64,000 nucleotides of DNA from the human T2T-CHM13v2.0 reference genome, Homo sapiens: the NCBI RefSeq assembly GCF_009914755.1, contig NC_060929.1; one strand, 5' to 3'. Position numbers and translations under genes: made by a program. Below the pieces are notes generated by a model that saw only the letters and a program-made list of their open reading frames with translations, was not told the DNA's origin and did not search any database. Shown one piece after another: positions 1 to 20,344 of the stretch (position 1 is its first letter; the number at the start of each line of letters is the position of its first letter).

Positions 1-119
1 TAGTAGAGACGGGGTTTCACCTTGTTAGCCAGGATGGTCTCGATCTCCTGACCTCATGATCCACCCGCCTCGGCCTCCCAAAGTGCTGGGATTACAGGCG
101 TGAGCCACCGCGCCCGGCC
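1..119 (-). mobile_element. AluYb8-like element (5' part, cut by the window edge) inserted in L1 ORF2
   Basis: Minus strand GGGTGGATCATGAGG and GGCTAACAAGGTGAAACCCCG are Yb-lineage diagnostics; CpGs intact. Confidence 0.8.
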
Positions 120-3808
<3,689 letters not shown>

Positions 3809-3972
3809 AATGAGATATTTTAAGAAGTTAAAAAATATTTGTAAAGAGCATCTGAAAAAAGAAATATGTAATATGTTTAAGAAATTTTTGAAAAAGATCA
3901 TTGATAAGGGGAAATGTTCTCTTACATATATAAAAACACACAATGACTACACTACTCTGGGTTTCCTGGAAA

Positions 3973-4010
3973 ACACACAAACACACACACACACACACAG
4001 ACACACACAC
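3973..4010. repeat. Interrupted (CA)n microsatellite
   Basis: Direct read. Confidence 0.9.
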
Positions 4011-5213
4011 AAAAGATAAATCAATCAACGAAATAGAAGAGGTATCACAGAAACAGACCCAAGTGTTGAAAAATTGTAACATATGATAAAGATGAATTAT
4101 AAATTATCAAGAAAATGATACATTGTTGAAGACTGGTGCTGGGACAATCGACAAGCTGAAGAACTGGTAAAAATGGAAAAACTGGGGGAATAAATAGTAT
4201 CCCACCATAAACCACATACCAAATTAATTCCTGATCAACTAAAGAGCCAAATGTAATAAATGTAAATAAAATAGAGCCAAGAGTAAATAAATCAAAAGCT
4301 AGAAGAAAATATAGGTGACATTTAATTTTAAGATGAATAGGAAATTGAAGATAAATAGATTTTACTATAAACTTTTAAAGAATTCTGTACAACAGAAAAT
4401 CTTAAAATTAACTCAAGTTGGAAAAGTATTAACAAAAACATACTGGACAAAATTACCATCCTTTGTACATATGCATCAATTTTTGTAATGCCCACTAATA
4501 CTCCAGTTAAAGCAAATAGGGCTAAGTACATAGCCTTTGGAGACAAGTGTTCCAGGACCTGATGCTGGGTGTGTCACTTCTCTATCAGCTGTGTGACTTT
4601 GAGCAAGTTACAGTCTTCCCTAAAACTCAGCTTCTTCATCTGTAAAGAGGGATGATAACAATTCCATTTGGGTGGGGATTACATGAGACAATGCATACTG
4701 TGTTTGGCTCCATACCTGGCAAAGATGTCCACGTTTTTGCTATCTCTCATCTTACTCATGTCCTCACACCCCTTCTTGGCCAGCTTAAATTCCATGCTTA
4801 ATCATCATAATCATCTTCCTTGCCCCTTTCTTATCTGCCTTGCTTTTGTGGGAAACTATAAAGCTGGTTAAATCTAACCTCCCTCCTACTTCTTGCTAGC
4901 ACCTGCATAGCCAAATGTAGATGGAAAATATATTCCATCTGACTGGTTTCACTTTAAACTGACCATCAGTGACTTCAAGAGGATCCTAATTGCCCTGGTT
5001 CATTCTCTATCCTGGAAGACCTTCTTTCTCTTCAGAACTCCATCACCTCCTCCCCCATGATCACCCTCAGCTGTGCCTTGGCTTCCTATTTCACCTAGAA
5101 AATAGAAGCAATGGAGAGAACCTCTACAAGCAGCATAATCCACCAGCCTAACTCCATCTGTACCCACACCCTCTGTCTTTTCTCCCGTTTCTCCTGAATG
5201 GTCTCTCCTCCCC

Positions 5214-5459
5214 GCTGGAGTGCAGTGGCTCACTGCAACCTCTGCCTCCCAGGTTCAAACGATTCTCATGCCTCAGCCTCCGAAGTAGCTAGGATTACAG
5301 GCATGCACCACCATACCCAGCTAATTTTTGTATTTTTAGTAGAGACAGGGTTTTGCCATGTTGGCTAGGCTAGTACTGAACTCCTGGGCTCAAGTGATTG
5401 GCCTGCCTCAGCCTCCCAAAGTGCTGGGATTATAGGTGTGAGCCACTGTGCCCGGCCCC
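5214..5459 (-). mobile_element. Alu lacking its 3' end and poly(A)
   Basis: Alu body begins abruptly at gctggagtgcagtgg with no T-tract. Confidence 0.85.
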
Positions 5460-5508
5460 AGCCTTATATACTTCTTACCCCTCCCCCACCCCCTACTCCC
5501 TTACCAAC

Positions 5509-5793
5509 AGCAGAAAAGTAACATGATGTAATTGAGATAGCCCTGACTACTATGCTGAGAGTAGATTGAAGGGGCGTAGGAGCAGCCTTAATGAAGAAGG
5601 ATTGGCTGGGGGCTAACAGAATACAGGCAAGAAACTGGATTCTACATATGTTGAAATTATGGCAAAAGACTTTATTGACAGATTGGATGTGGAGTACGAG
5701 AGGAAGAGCAGCCAGGAAAATAAAGTTTCCATTTACTGAGTTGGGGAGGACTTCAGGAAGAGCAGATTTGGGATGAAATTAGGAGCACATGTT
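5509..5793 (+). repeat. Left arm of a 285-bp inverted duplication
   Basis: Reverse complement of 6639-6923 with 7 mismatches and no gaps (hand alignment). Confidence 0.97.
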
Positions 5794-5799
5794 GCTCTA

Positions 5800-6990
5800 G
5801 CAATTCTCCTGACTCCCCCATCATAAATCTTTTCCCTCTCTACTGGATCTTTCCCATTCAGTATGCAAAGAGGCTGTAAAAGCTCTCTCTTGACCCAGTT
5901 TCTGCTGTCAGCTCCTGCCCCATTTCTCCCTGTCCCTTAGCAGTGAAACTCCTTGGAAGATTGCTATATCTACTTGCTACTTTCAACTTTGTTCTTCCAA
6001 TTTTCACTTGGCCCCACTACAATTAAGCTTTAGCCCTCACCTTTCACCAGAGCACCTCTATCAAGGTCCGCAGTGACCTGCATGTTTCTGAATTCAATAG
6101 TCAATTCACAGTCATCATCTTACCTGACCTCTCAAGGCATTTGACAAACTCATTTCTCTTTCATCCTTGAACTGCTTTCTACATGACACTTGCGCCAGGC
6201 GTGGTGGCACACACCTGCAGTCCCAGCTACTTGGGAAGCTGAGGCAAGAAAAACACTTGGACCCAGAAGGCAGAGGTTATAGTGAGCCGAGATTGTGTCA
6301 TTGCACTCCAGCCTGAGTGACAGAGTGAGACTCTGTATCAAAAAAATCAACAAAAATGACACTTGCTTGGTTTTCCTCTTACCTTGTTGGCTGCTCCTTT
6401 ACCATCTAGTGTGCTGGTTTTTCTTCATCTCCGCTACTGCCCAAAATTGGAGTGCCCAGAACTTAGTCTTCAGTCCTCTTCCTTTTTAAAAAATCCAGTC
6501 TCATGATTTAAATATCATCTCTGCACTGATGACCACCAACACATAGAGAGAGTGAACTCCAGGCTCACATAATAACTGCCCACTTGATATCCTCACTTGG
6601 ATATATAATAGGTGTCTCAAACATAACATGTCAAATTTAACATGTGCTCCTAATTTCATCCCAAATCTGCTCTTCCTGAAGTCCTCCCCAACTCAGTAAA
6701 TGGAAACTTTATTTTCCTGGCTGCTCTTCCTCTTGTACTCCACATCCAATCTGTCAATAAAATCTTTTGCCATAATTTCAACATATGCAGAATCCAGTTT
6801 CTTCCCTGCATTCTGTTAGCCCCCAGCCAATCCTTCTTCATTAAGGCTGCTCCTACGCCCCTTCAATCTACTCTCAGCATAGTAGTCAGGGATATCTCAA
6901 TCACATCATGTTACTTTTCTGCTCAAAACCTTCCAATCGCTTCCCATCTCAGTCAGATTTTTTGAAAGCCCAAGTCCTTACAATGGTCTA
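5800..6990 (+). mobile_element. Degenerate L2 fragments, with an Alu monomer at about 6194-6350
   Basis: L2-like motifs tcaaggtccgcagtgacctgcatg, cacttggatatataataggtgtctcaaac, ctgctcaaaaccttccaa. Confidence 0.7.
6639..6923 (-). repeat. Right arm of the 285-bp inverted duplication, embedded in L2
   Basis: Pairs with 5509-5793; continuous with L2-like sequence on both sides. Confidence 0.97.
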
Positions 6991-7002
6991 TAAGTAGAAT
7001 GA

Positions 7003-7371
<369 letters not shown>

Positions 7372-8410
7372 CTAGTGTTAATGATTAATAACCCTCACCT
7401 CCAACTTTCATTCTAGAAGTCTCCTAATTTGGATGACAAATTATATATGGCAATAACCTACAGGTCACATTTGACAGTTTACTTTAAAAGTAAACAGCTT
7501 CCAAATTAACCCATCTTGGGAAGGTCTTGTGATTCATGGCGATACCTTGTCCTGAGTAAGGAATCTTAGAAGTTCCTCAAATTGTTGATGTACTGATCAA
7601 TGCACCACCTACTGACACTGAAAAGGACACTGATTTATTTCTGAGTCATAACATTTTACTGATTGTCTTGCATGTAGACATGTTAGTCTGCATGTTGCAA
7701 TCTGTAGCCAATTATTGTAACCTTTGTATTGTACCCTCCAGTGAAAAAGGACAACTCCTGTATGAAGAGTCCCCCTCCTGTCTTCTAACTTTCCAACTTG
7801 TAACAGACTCCAGAACACTCTCAACTTTGTTGGTGTGTTTTCCTGGGTTCATCCTCACATTTGGCTTCCAATAAACTTTTATCAAATCATTTCTGCCTCA
7901 ACAGCCTTAATTTCATTTGACAGTGGTCATCCAGTTTATAGGGCCCTACTCTAATCTTCATGCCCTCCTTTAGCTCGCTGACATCATCTCTTATTACTCT
8001 CTCCATTGCTTTCTTCATTAAGGCTACCAAGGCTTTGCTATTCTTTGAACATACTAGACATGCTTCTCTATTAGATACTTGTTCCCTCTTCCTAGGAATG
8101 CTCTTCCCAGCTATCTACATAGCTTGTTCTCTTACTTCCTTAGTGTCTTGGCCCAAATGCCACCTCCTTAATAAACCCTTATCTGACCACACTATTTAAA
8201 ATTGTATCCTGTTCTCTCTCTGAACTAACTTTATGCATCCCTGCTTCATTTTTCTCCTGCTTCATTTTTCTCCATGGGACTTATCACTCTCTGACATCCT
8301 GACTAATTTACTTCTTTGTTGCATTTATTGTCCTTCTTCCTCCACTAGACTGTAAGTTCCATGAGGAGCACTTCTGTATTCTCAGAAGTTAGAATAGTAC
8401 TTGGCTGGTC

Positions 8411-10304
8411 AAATGGTTGTAACCAGAATGCTGATGGTGATATGGAAAGTGAAGGCGTGGCTGATGAGGTCTCAGATGGAAATGAGGAACCTAGAAATGG
8501 AGCAAAGGCCACCCTCATTATGGCCTAGCAAAGAACTTGGCTGCACTTTGTTCATGCTGTAAGGATCTGTGGAAGTTTGAACTTCAGAGTGACAACTAGG
8601 GTATCTGGCAGAGGAAATTTCTAAGCAGCAAAGTGTTCAAGAAGTTACATGGCTGCATCTAACAGCTTAACTCAGATGTGAGAGCAAAAAAAATGACTTA
8701 AAGTTAGAAGTTATATTTAAAGGGGAAGCAGAGTGTAAAACTTTAGAAAATTTGCAGCCTGGCCATGTGATAGAGAAAGCAGAAGCATTTTCAGTAGAGG
8801 AATTCAAGCAGGCTGTGGAGCAACCACTTGCTAGAGAAATTTGAATAACTAAAAGAGAGCCAGGTACTAATAGCTAAGACAATGGGAAAAAGGCCTTGAA
8901 GGCATTTCAGAGATCTCAGGGGCAGCCCTTGCCATCACAGGCACAGGCCCAGAGACCTAGGAGGAAGAATCATTTCATGGGCTAGGCCTAGGACCCCATG
9001 GCTCTGCACAGCCTCCTTAGGACAGTGCTCCCTACATCCAGGCTGTTCCAGCTCCAGCTGTGGCTCAAGGGGCCTCAGGTACAGCTCAGGCTGCTGCTCC
9101 AAAGAGCAAAAGCCATATGCTTTGGCAGCTTCCATGTGGTGTTAAGCATGCAGGCATGCAGACTGTAAGAGTGAAGGAGGCTTGGCAGCCTCTACCTAGA
9201 TTTCAGAGGATGTACAAGAAAGCCAGGGTACCCAGGCAGAAGCCTGCTGTAGGGGTGGAACCCTCACAGAGAACCCCTACTAGGGCAGTTTGGAGGGGAA
9301 ATGTGGGGTTGAAGGCCCCACACAGTCTCCACTGGGGAACTGCCTGGTGGAGCTGTGAGAAAGGGGTCACCACCCTCCAGACCTGAGAATGGTAGATCCA
9401 CTGGCAGCTTGCACCCTGTGCCTGGAAAAGCCACAGGCACTCAACTCTAGCCCATAAGAGCAGCTGTGGAGGCTGTACTATGCAAACTACAGGGGCGAAG
9501 CTTCCCAAGGCCTTGCGAGCCCACTTCTTGCACCAGTGAGCCCTGGATATGGGACACGGAGTCAAAGAAGATTACTTTGGAGCTTTACAATTTAATAATT
9601 GCCCTGCTGGGTTTTGAATTTGCATGGAGCTTGTAGCCCCTTTCTTTTGGCCAATTTCTCTTTTGGAATGGGCATGTTTACCCAATGCCTATACACCCAT
9701 TGTAACTTGGAAGTATATAGCTTGTTTTTGATTTTATAGGCTCATAGGTGGAAGAGACTTGCCTTGTCTCAGATGAGACTTTGAATTTTGGGCTTTGGAG
9801 TTAACATTGGAATGAGTTAAGACTTTGGGGAACTCTTGGGAAGGCATGATTGTATTTTGCAACTTGAGAAGGACATGAGATTTAGGAGGGCCAGGGGCAA
9901 AATGACATAGTCTGGATATTTATCCCTGTCCAAATCGCATGTGGAAATGTAATCTCTAATGTTGGAGGTGGGGCCTGCTGGGAGGTGTTTTGGTCATGGG
10001 GGCAGATCCCTCATGGCTTGGAGCTGTCCCCACCATAATAAGTGAGTTCTTGAGAAATCTGGTTGTTTAAGGGTGTGGCACCTCCCCCCACCTTGCTCCT
10101 GTCTTTACCATGTGACACACCTGCTCCCCCTTCACCTTCCACTGTGAGTAAAAGCTCCCTGAGGCCTCCCTAGAAGCTGAGCAGATGCCTAGTGCCACAC
10201 TTCCTATACAGCCTGTGAAATCGTGAGTCAATTAAACCTCTTTTCTTAATAAATTACCCAGTCTCAGGTATTTCTTTATAGTAATGCAAGAATGGCCTAA
10301 CACA
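8411..10304 (+). mobile_element. MaLR (MST-type) internal sequence plus 3' LTR (about 9903-10304); no 5' LTR seen
   Basis: Typical MaLR internal sequence; polypurine tract ggagggccaggggcaaaa; LTR motifs aatgttggaggtggggcct and aattacccagtctcaggtatttctttata. Confidence 0.88.
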
Positions 10305-10362
10305 CACTGGTTCTACAAAAAAAAAAAAAAAAAAAAAAGGAAGAAAAAAATTAATTTAAAAA

Positions 10363-11944
<1,582 letters not shown>

Positions 11945-14044
11945 TCAGTGGGCTTAGTCTAGCCTGGTTATAAACTCCTGCTTGTGGCCTTAGCAACTTG
12001 CCCAGTGCTCCCCTGGGGCTTAGCCCTGTGGAGGCTGAAACCCAGGTCAAAGTCATGTTCTCCAATCCAGAGCTGGGTGTCTCTCTCACTTCCTTTGAGC
12101 AGCAATCACCTCTACCCTGATTTAGACCAAGCCAAGCTTGCTATGCTGAGGTAACTTAGCTTATCACCAAGGTTATATTTAACAGACTGCTGAAAGGATT
12201 ATAAAAAATTATGGGGATTTGAACTATCACCCAATGCCTCCGTCTGTTGACACAGACAAGTTTAAAGCTTGATTTTGTGAACCTTGAGATGATCTTCCTC
12301 CAGCACTGCAAATGTAATCCTTCTCATCTAAAACTCCCATTCTAATGCCCTACTGTGCTCCTGCCCCTGCAGAGCCCTCCAGCTCACCCTCCTGCAGTTG
12401 TCTTCTCTGTGACTGAGTCCTCTGCAACACATATTCCATTGTAGACATGCAACTCTCCTCTTTCAAGTACATCCCTGGTTGTTCTCTCCATCTCCTTTCC
12501 TTGATAGAGATCTGGCTTCTTTCTGAGCACTCCACTAGCCTCATGGCTCTGTCTCTCAAAGGAAGGCTACTCATTTTGCACTATCCATGATCCTGGAAGA
12601 CAAGAGCTGAGCAGGCTCTCAGCATTCTCCTTGCTTCCCACTGCCATTTCTAAATCATAACTCCTTCACCTTCACATACATAAAAGACCTGCTCAGGTTT
12701 GTGCTGTGCCCTCCTGGTTGCTGTTACCAACATCTGCCTGGTTGGTTATCCACATTCTGTGAGCTCTCTGACACCCAGCCCAAGGTGCTGGTGACTTTTG
12801 TGCTCAGGAAGATGAGTAGTGCTACACCTTAGCCTCGCAGTACTTGACCTTCACCTATACTTCACACTCTTGCTGCTGAGGACACACCCTGGGCCTCTCA
12901 TCAGTCACAACAGCTCCATCTCACTCTAGGACCTTTGTTTTCCTCCCAACTCTTCAGCTCTCACCTGATATCATTTCCTTTCCCTTTCAGTTTATACCTT
13001 GTGATCCCTCCAGCCCATTCATACTCTTGCCACTACCCCAGTCCTTTTGTTTACTAGTCTTGCAAAGGCTAAGCTCACAATAAGTCAAACCATTTTACTC
13101 TTCACTCTCAATCCAGGATGCTGACTTAAGATACAAGAAAGAAGGGGGGCTGTTGATGGGTGCAAGGAAACATGGGTTGAGAGAGTAACAAGTGGGCTGA
13201 GGGTCCAATTGTGATTGGAAATGTAAATGTGTCAAGACACCAACTCACATGGTTGTGTGATTTCCTCCAGTGACCCAGGGTAGGAGTACAGTGACCAAAT
13301 GGTTGGATTTAGGGCCTTGCAGTAGAGGTGAATGGAATGATAAGACAACGAAGGAACTGAGATAGACGGAAGCAAAGGGCCATAGTAGTATCTAAATTGA
13401 AGAGGAAAGGGAGTAAAAGCATAACTTCTGTTGGGCCTAGTATGTACACTGTATCCATCTACTTTCTTTTTCTTTATTTGGGGTATATGAGAACCTGGCA
13501 CAGTGTTAATAAGACCCAAGTGTTCAGAAGAGAATGCAAGCCAGGCTAATGAAGGTGGCAGGAATAGCACCATCTCTCCTGGACCATTCACCACACACAA
13601 ATGTGACTGCGGTGACATGGAGATCTAAAATGATCTAATGCAGCCAGTTGGTAAGGGCTCAAGGCTAGATTTCATCTTTCAGGGTAATGAGATGTAGCAT
13701 CAGTAATTGAGAGTGCAGGCTTGAAGGCAGGGGGCTACAATCCAAGAACACCAGGGGATTCCTGAAACCTCAGATAGTACTGAACACTATATATACTAGG
13801 TTTTTTCCTATACATACATACATACGTACCTAAGATAAAATTTAATTTATAAATTATGCAGAATAAGAGACTAACAATAGCTAATAAAATAGAATGATTA
13901 TAACAATATGCTGTAATAGAAGTCATGCAAATGTGCATCTCTCTCTCAAAATATTTTATTGTACTGTACTCACCTATTTGGTTTACCCAGTTGGCCGTAG
14001 ATAACTGAAACTGCAGAAAAAAAAAAAAACTGTGGATAAGGGGG

Positions 14045-14980
14045 TATTAGAGTTTTCCAAAGAAACCCAACTAATAGGATTACAGATATAGGTATAGATC
14101 AATAGGAGGAGATTTACTATATGAACTGGCTCATATGATTACAGAGGCTAAGAAGTCCCATGACATGCTATCTGCAAGCTGGAGAACCAGGAAAGGTGAT
14201 GGTGTAATTCAGTCCAAGTCTGAAAGACTGAGGGGAAAAGGGTAAGGTGTAAGTCCCAGAGTCGGGAGATCCAAGAACATGGAGCTCTGATTTCCTGAAG
14301 GCAGGAGAAAATGGATGTCCCAGCTCAAGAAGAGAGAGAATGAGAGAATTTGCCCTTCCTATGCCTTAAAAAAAAATTTTTTTTTTTTTGAGACGGAGTC
14401 TTGATCTGTCGCCCAGGCTGGAGTGCAGTGGTGCAATCTCCACTCATTGCAACCTCCGCCTCCGGGGTTCACTCCATTCTCCTGCCTCAGCCTCCTGAGT
14501 AGCGGGTACTACAGGTGCCCACCACAACGCCCGGCTAATTTTTTGTATTTTTGGTAGAGACGGGGTTTCACCATGTTAGCCAGGATGGTCTCGATCTCCT
14601 GACCTCATGATCCGCCTGCCTCGGCCTCCCAAAGTGCTGGGATTACAGGCATGAGCCACTGCACCCAGCCAAAAAAAATTTTTTTAAAGAGAAAGGTCTT
14701 GCTATGTTGCCCTGGCTGGCCTCAAACTCCTGGGCCCCAGCATCTTCCTGCCGCAGCCTTCCAAGAAGCTGGAACTATAGGCACATCCTCTGACTTTTTG
14801 TTCTGTGTGAGCAGGAGTCCTCAGTGAATTGGATGATGCCTGCCCACATTGGTGAGGGCGGACCTTATTTGCTCCGTCTACTGATTCAAATGCTTGTGAA
14901 CCTCTCCGAACACATCCTCACAGACACAGACACAGACACAAATAATGTTTTACTTGCTATCTCATAAAATTAACCATCAT
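14045..14980 (-). mobile_element. MLT2-type ERVL LTR interrupted by minus-strand Alus (about 14377-14790); MER44/Tigger-like fragment just upstream
   Basis: Ends aaaattaaccatca; internal tctgcaagctggagaaccaggaaag. Confidence 0.72.
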
Positions 14981-15549
14981 GCAGACAGACCAGACCTCTA
15001 ATATGGACCTACCACATGCTAACTATAGCAACTGGGTAAATTACTTTACTTCTCTTTTGTTTCTTTGCCTGTAAAGTGAAGACAAGAATATCAATCGCGT
15101 AAAGCTATTGTGAGGATGAAATGAGGTCATGTACTATTGTTAGTATTATTCTTGTAATAATACAATAGCAGAGCAAATTGATACTTGCCCAGGACCTCCT
15201 AATTTCTGCCTTAACCTGGCATCTAGCTTAGAACACATTAACATAGTTAATAACTTATATTATCCAAATTTAACTCAGCCAAGACCTCCTGATCTCCTTC
15301 GATGGAATTTTACTCTAAGATGACTGTATTCCCTAGGGAAACCTATGTGTTCCTATATGACTTCTCTCCTGGGTGATTCTGTCCAGACCCATGGCCTTAA
15401 ATACCATCTATATGTGAATGATTCCCTAATTTATATCTCATTCTGATCTCTTTTATGACCTTCAGACTCATATATCCAGCCGTCTATTTGACATTTTGAC
15501 TTGGATGTCTAATAGACATCCCAAAATTGCATTTAAAATAAAACTCTTG

Positions 15550-16645
15550 CACAGGCAACAAAAGAAAAAATAGAAAAATTGGGCTACATCAAAAATGTAA
15601 AACTTCTGTGCGTAAAAGGATATAATCAATAGTGAAAAGGCATAGAATGGGAGAAAATATTTGCAAATCATGTATCTGATAAGTGGTTCATATCCCAAAT
15701 ATGTAAAGAACTCCTACAATTCAACAACAACAAAAAAAAAACCTGATTTTAAAATGGGCAAAAGAGTTGAGTAGACATTTCTCCAAAGAAAATATATAAA
15801 TTGCCAATAAGCACATGAAAAGATGCTCAACATAATTAATAATTAGGGAAATGCAAATAAAACCACAATGAAATACCACTTTATACCCATTAGGATAGCT
15901 TCTGTAAAAAAACAAAAACAAACAAAACAACAACAACAGCAAAACCACAGAAAATAACAAGTATTGGCGAGGACGTGGAGAAACTGGAACTCTTGTGCAC
16001 TGTTGGTGGGAATGTAAAATGGTACAGCTACCGGGGAAAACAGTATGGCAATTCCTTAAAAAAATTAAACATAGAATTACCACATGATCCAGCAATTCCA
16101 CTTCTGGGTATATACCCAAAGAATTAAAAGCAAGTACTCAAATAGATACTTGTACATACATGTTCACAGCAGCATTAGTCACAACAGGCAAAAGATGGAA
16201 GCAACCCAAGTGTCCATCAGTGGATGAATGGGTAAACAAAATGTAGTATACATATATAATGGCATATTATTCAGTCTTAAAAAGGAAGGAAATTCTGACA
16301 TATGCTACAACATGGATGAACCTTGAAGACATTATGCTAAGTGACAATAAAAGCGAGTCACAAAAGGACAAATACTATGTGATTCCACTTATGAGAGTGG
16401 TCAAATTCATAGAGACTTCTGTATTATAGAAGGGTTTTCGGGGCTAGGGTAAGGAGGGGAGTGGGGAGTTAGTGTTTAATAGGTACAGAGTTTCAATTTT
16501 GCAAGATGAAAAGAGTTCTCTACAGATGGATGATGGTGATGGTTGCACAATGTGAATGTACTTAATGCCCTTAAGAGTGGTTAAAATGGTAAATTTTATG
16601 TTATGTGTATTTCACCACAATTTTTAAAAAGCAAAAAATAAAAAT
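15550..16645 (+). mobile_element. Old L1M 3' end (ORF2 C-terminus and 3' UTR) inserted in L2
   Basis: gatccagcaattccacttctgggtatatacccaaa; ggttaaaatggtaaattttatg; A-rich tail. Confidence 0.9.
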
Positions 16646-17024
16646 AAAAAACTCTTAATTTCCCAAACCCCCACCCCATCAAATCTCCCCATTTCAAAAA
16701 CAAACATGAAAAGCTATAAAGTTGCTCAGGCTAAAAATCCAGGAGTCATCCTTAATTTCCTTCCCTCATGCCCACATCCAATAGTAAATCATGTCACCTT
16801 TTTCCTCCAAAAATATTCTGAATTCATCCATTTATCTCTTCCACAGTTACCACTCTAGTTCAGGCCATCATAAGCTCTTGCCTATAATGCTGCAATGCTT
16901 TCTAATCAGTCAACCTGCTTTCATTCTTGTCCTCTACAGTCCCTTCTCTATATAGCAGCCAGAATGTTCCTTTTATGCTAGAAGTAAGACCTTATGCTTT
17001 TCTCTGCCTGAAAATACTCTGATA

Positions 17025-17292
17025 GGCCAGGCACGGTGGCCCACACCTATAATCCTAGCACTTTGGGAGGCCAAAGTGGGCAGCATTCAAGACCAGCCTG
17101 GGCAACATGGCAAAATCCCATCTCTACAAAAAATACAAAAATTAGCCAGGTGTGGTGCGTGTAGTCCTAGCTTCTGGGGAAGATGAGGTGTGAGGATCAC
17201 TTAAGCCCAGGAGGCAGAAGTTGCAGAGAGTCAAGATCATGCCACTGCACTCCAGCCTGGGTGACAGTGAGACCCTGTCTCAAAAAAGAAAA
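17025..17292 (+). mobile_element. AluJ/S
   Basis: Alu consensus. Confidence 0.88.
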
Positions 17293-18628
17293 AATATTCT
17301 GGTAGTGTTCCATCTAGAATAAAATCCAAACTCCTTGCCACTATCTACAAGGCACTAGACAATTTGGCTTCCATAAAAACTGGCCTCCTGCCAATGTCTC
17401 TGACTTATGTTCCAACATTACTCACTTTGATCACTATGTTCTAGTCACGCTGGTCTTCTCTCCGTTACTTAGTCACCCCGAGCACATCCCTTACCTCACA
17501 GTCTTTGTACTTGCTGCTCTTCTGCTTAGTACACCTGCTTCCCAGATCTTCACATGACAGATTCCTTCTCGTCCTTTGCCTCTCAGCTCAGATATCACTT
17601 TCTCAGAAACATGTTCACTTACCATTCATCTAAAGCAGCTACCCAATGACTGTCATTCTATACCATTACTCTCTTTTCTTTCACCTTGGCAATTACCACT
17701 ACTTGAAGTTTGTATTTATTTGTACAAGTTTATTGTCAGCCTCTCCATCCTCCAAGTAAAATACGAGCTCCATGAAAACAGATAGCTTGTTTCTTTCCTC
17801 AGTTCCCAGAACTCGGAACAGTGTTTGGCACACATCAGTCTATTCATATGTTTGCCAAATGAACGAAGAAGTAAAAACCACTAGTGACCCAATTTTCCTG
17901 CCATGTCATATATATACATAAAAGTCTTTTGGGAAAACTCATATTTCTATATTGGCCCTCACTAATGTCTTTTCCATCTATTCTAGAATGCAATAACCAG
18001 TCTTTAAAATGCAAGCAGAATATTTCACATTTCATTTTTGCAGGTATCTCTGAGGGGAATGAATTTACATTTCTACTACCACAAATAGGATGGTCAAGTT
18101 TGTTGCAATGCAAAATTTTTTCTGTGGAATTCAAAAACTGTCCTGTACCTCTTGAAGCCGAATTGTGGGGTTTCACATTGGAAATTACACTCATCTAAAG
18201 AAACAGTCTGGACATTTAAGTCCTTAAACAGTTGTTCAAAGTATTTTATTACATACTTTTTCTAGTCTTCAGAATGTTTCAAGGTCCATTGTCTTCATGG
18301 CTAGTTACCTGTCTGTCCAGGCCAAACAAACTGGAGTTAAAATGCAGAATCACATAACAGCAGAAATGTGATTTCTCATTCTATTGTGCAATCCAACAGA
18401 ATTGTGCCAAGTCTTGCTAGGCTGACGCTGCTCTACTCTGCCCAAATGCCAATATGCATTGGGGTGATGACATCCCACTTGGGATATTGTCTGATGACAC
18501 AGACAGACTTCTCTGTTTCTCCACTCTTGGGTCATATAATTCAATGTTCTGGGGCTGAGGCAAATAATGTCTTACAGTGATTTTGGCAAGAAAAAAACAG
18601 CTATTTCAGATTTTGTTCAAGTTCCCCT

Positions 18629-19421
<793 letters not shown>

Positions 19422-19511
19422 CCCCTTACCAGAAGCGTCCAAACACGGATTTGAGGGATCTACAGCAGACACTGGACAGATGCTCTGAATCATTCTCTAC
19501 TCTGATGCTGA

Positions 19512-19853
<342 letters not shown>

Positions 19854-20344
19854 TATTCTTTTCTTAAAGGAGGAGGCCTTCCCTTCCTCAGGCAAGTAAT
19901 TGCTGACTACTCCAGCCTACATAACGTCCAGACATATCCAAATCTGTGGAGAACACAAAGTTCTTAAGGTATTTATTTAGAGTCAATAATCAAAGTAAAA
20001 CTAATAATTATAGCTAATATTTAGTTTGTAGTTAATATATGCTAGGAGCTCGAGCTAAGCACTACCATCCCAGGAAACTGAGGCTTAAAACACTTTTAAA
20101 ATTTGCTCAAGCTCACAAGCTTGGAATTGAAGAAGAAAGCAATTGAATATTGGTCTTTCTTCTATCATACATCCAGAGGCTCTGCACTTAATCAATACAA
20201 CATACTGTCTCTTATTGCACAAGTAACTACAAGGTTCATCTGTAAAATTCTATTCTGTAGAATAGAAGGGAAAACAAATTAAGGAATTACAGATGTTTAT
20301 TCTTCTGAGCTTTAATTTAACGTATTGTTTGATTCAAATAATTT

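Noticed and set aside
5591-6841. Two near-identical 61-aa ORFs on opposite strands as a duplicated small gene
   Set aside because: By-product of the inverted duplication of L2 sequence; no promoter or domain evidence, and 3 of the 5 differences within the ORF change amino acids
8935-9565. ORFs in the MaLR internal region
   Set aside because: Fragmentary remnants of a non-autonomous retroelement; no intact long ORF
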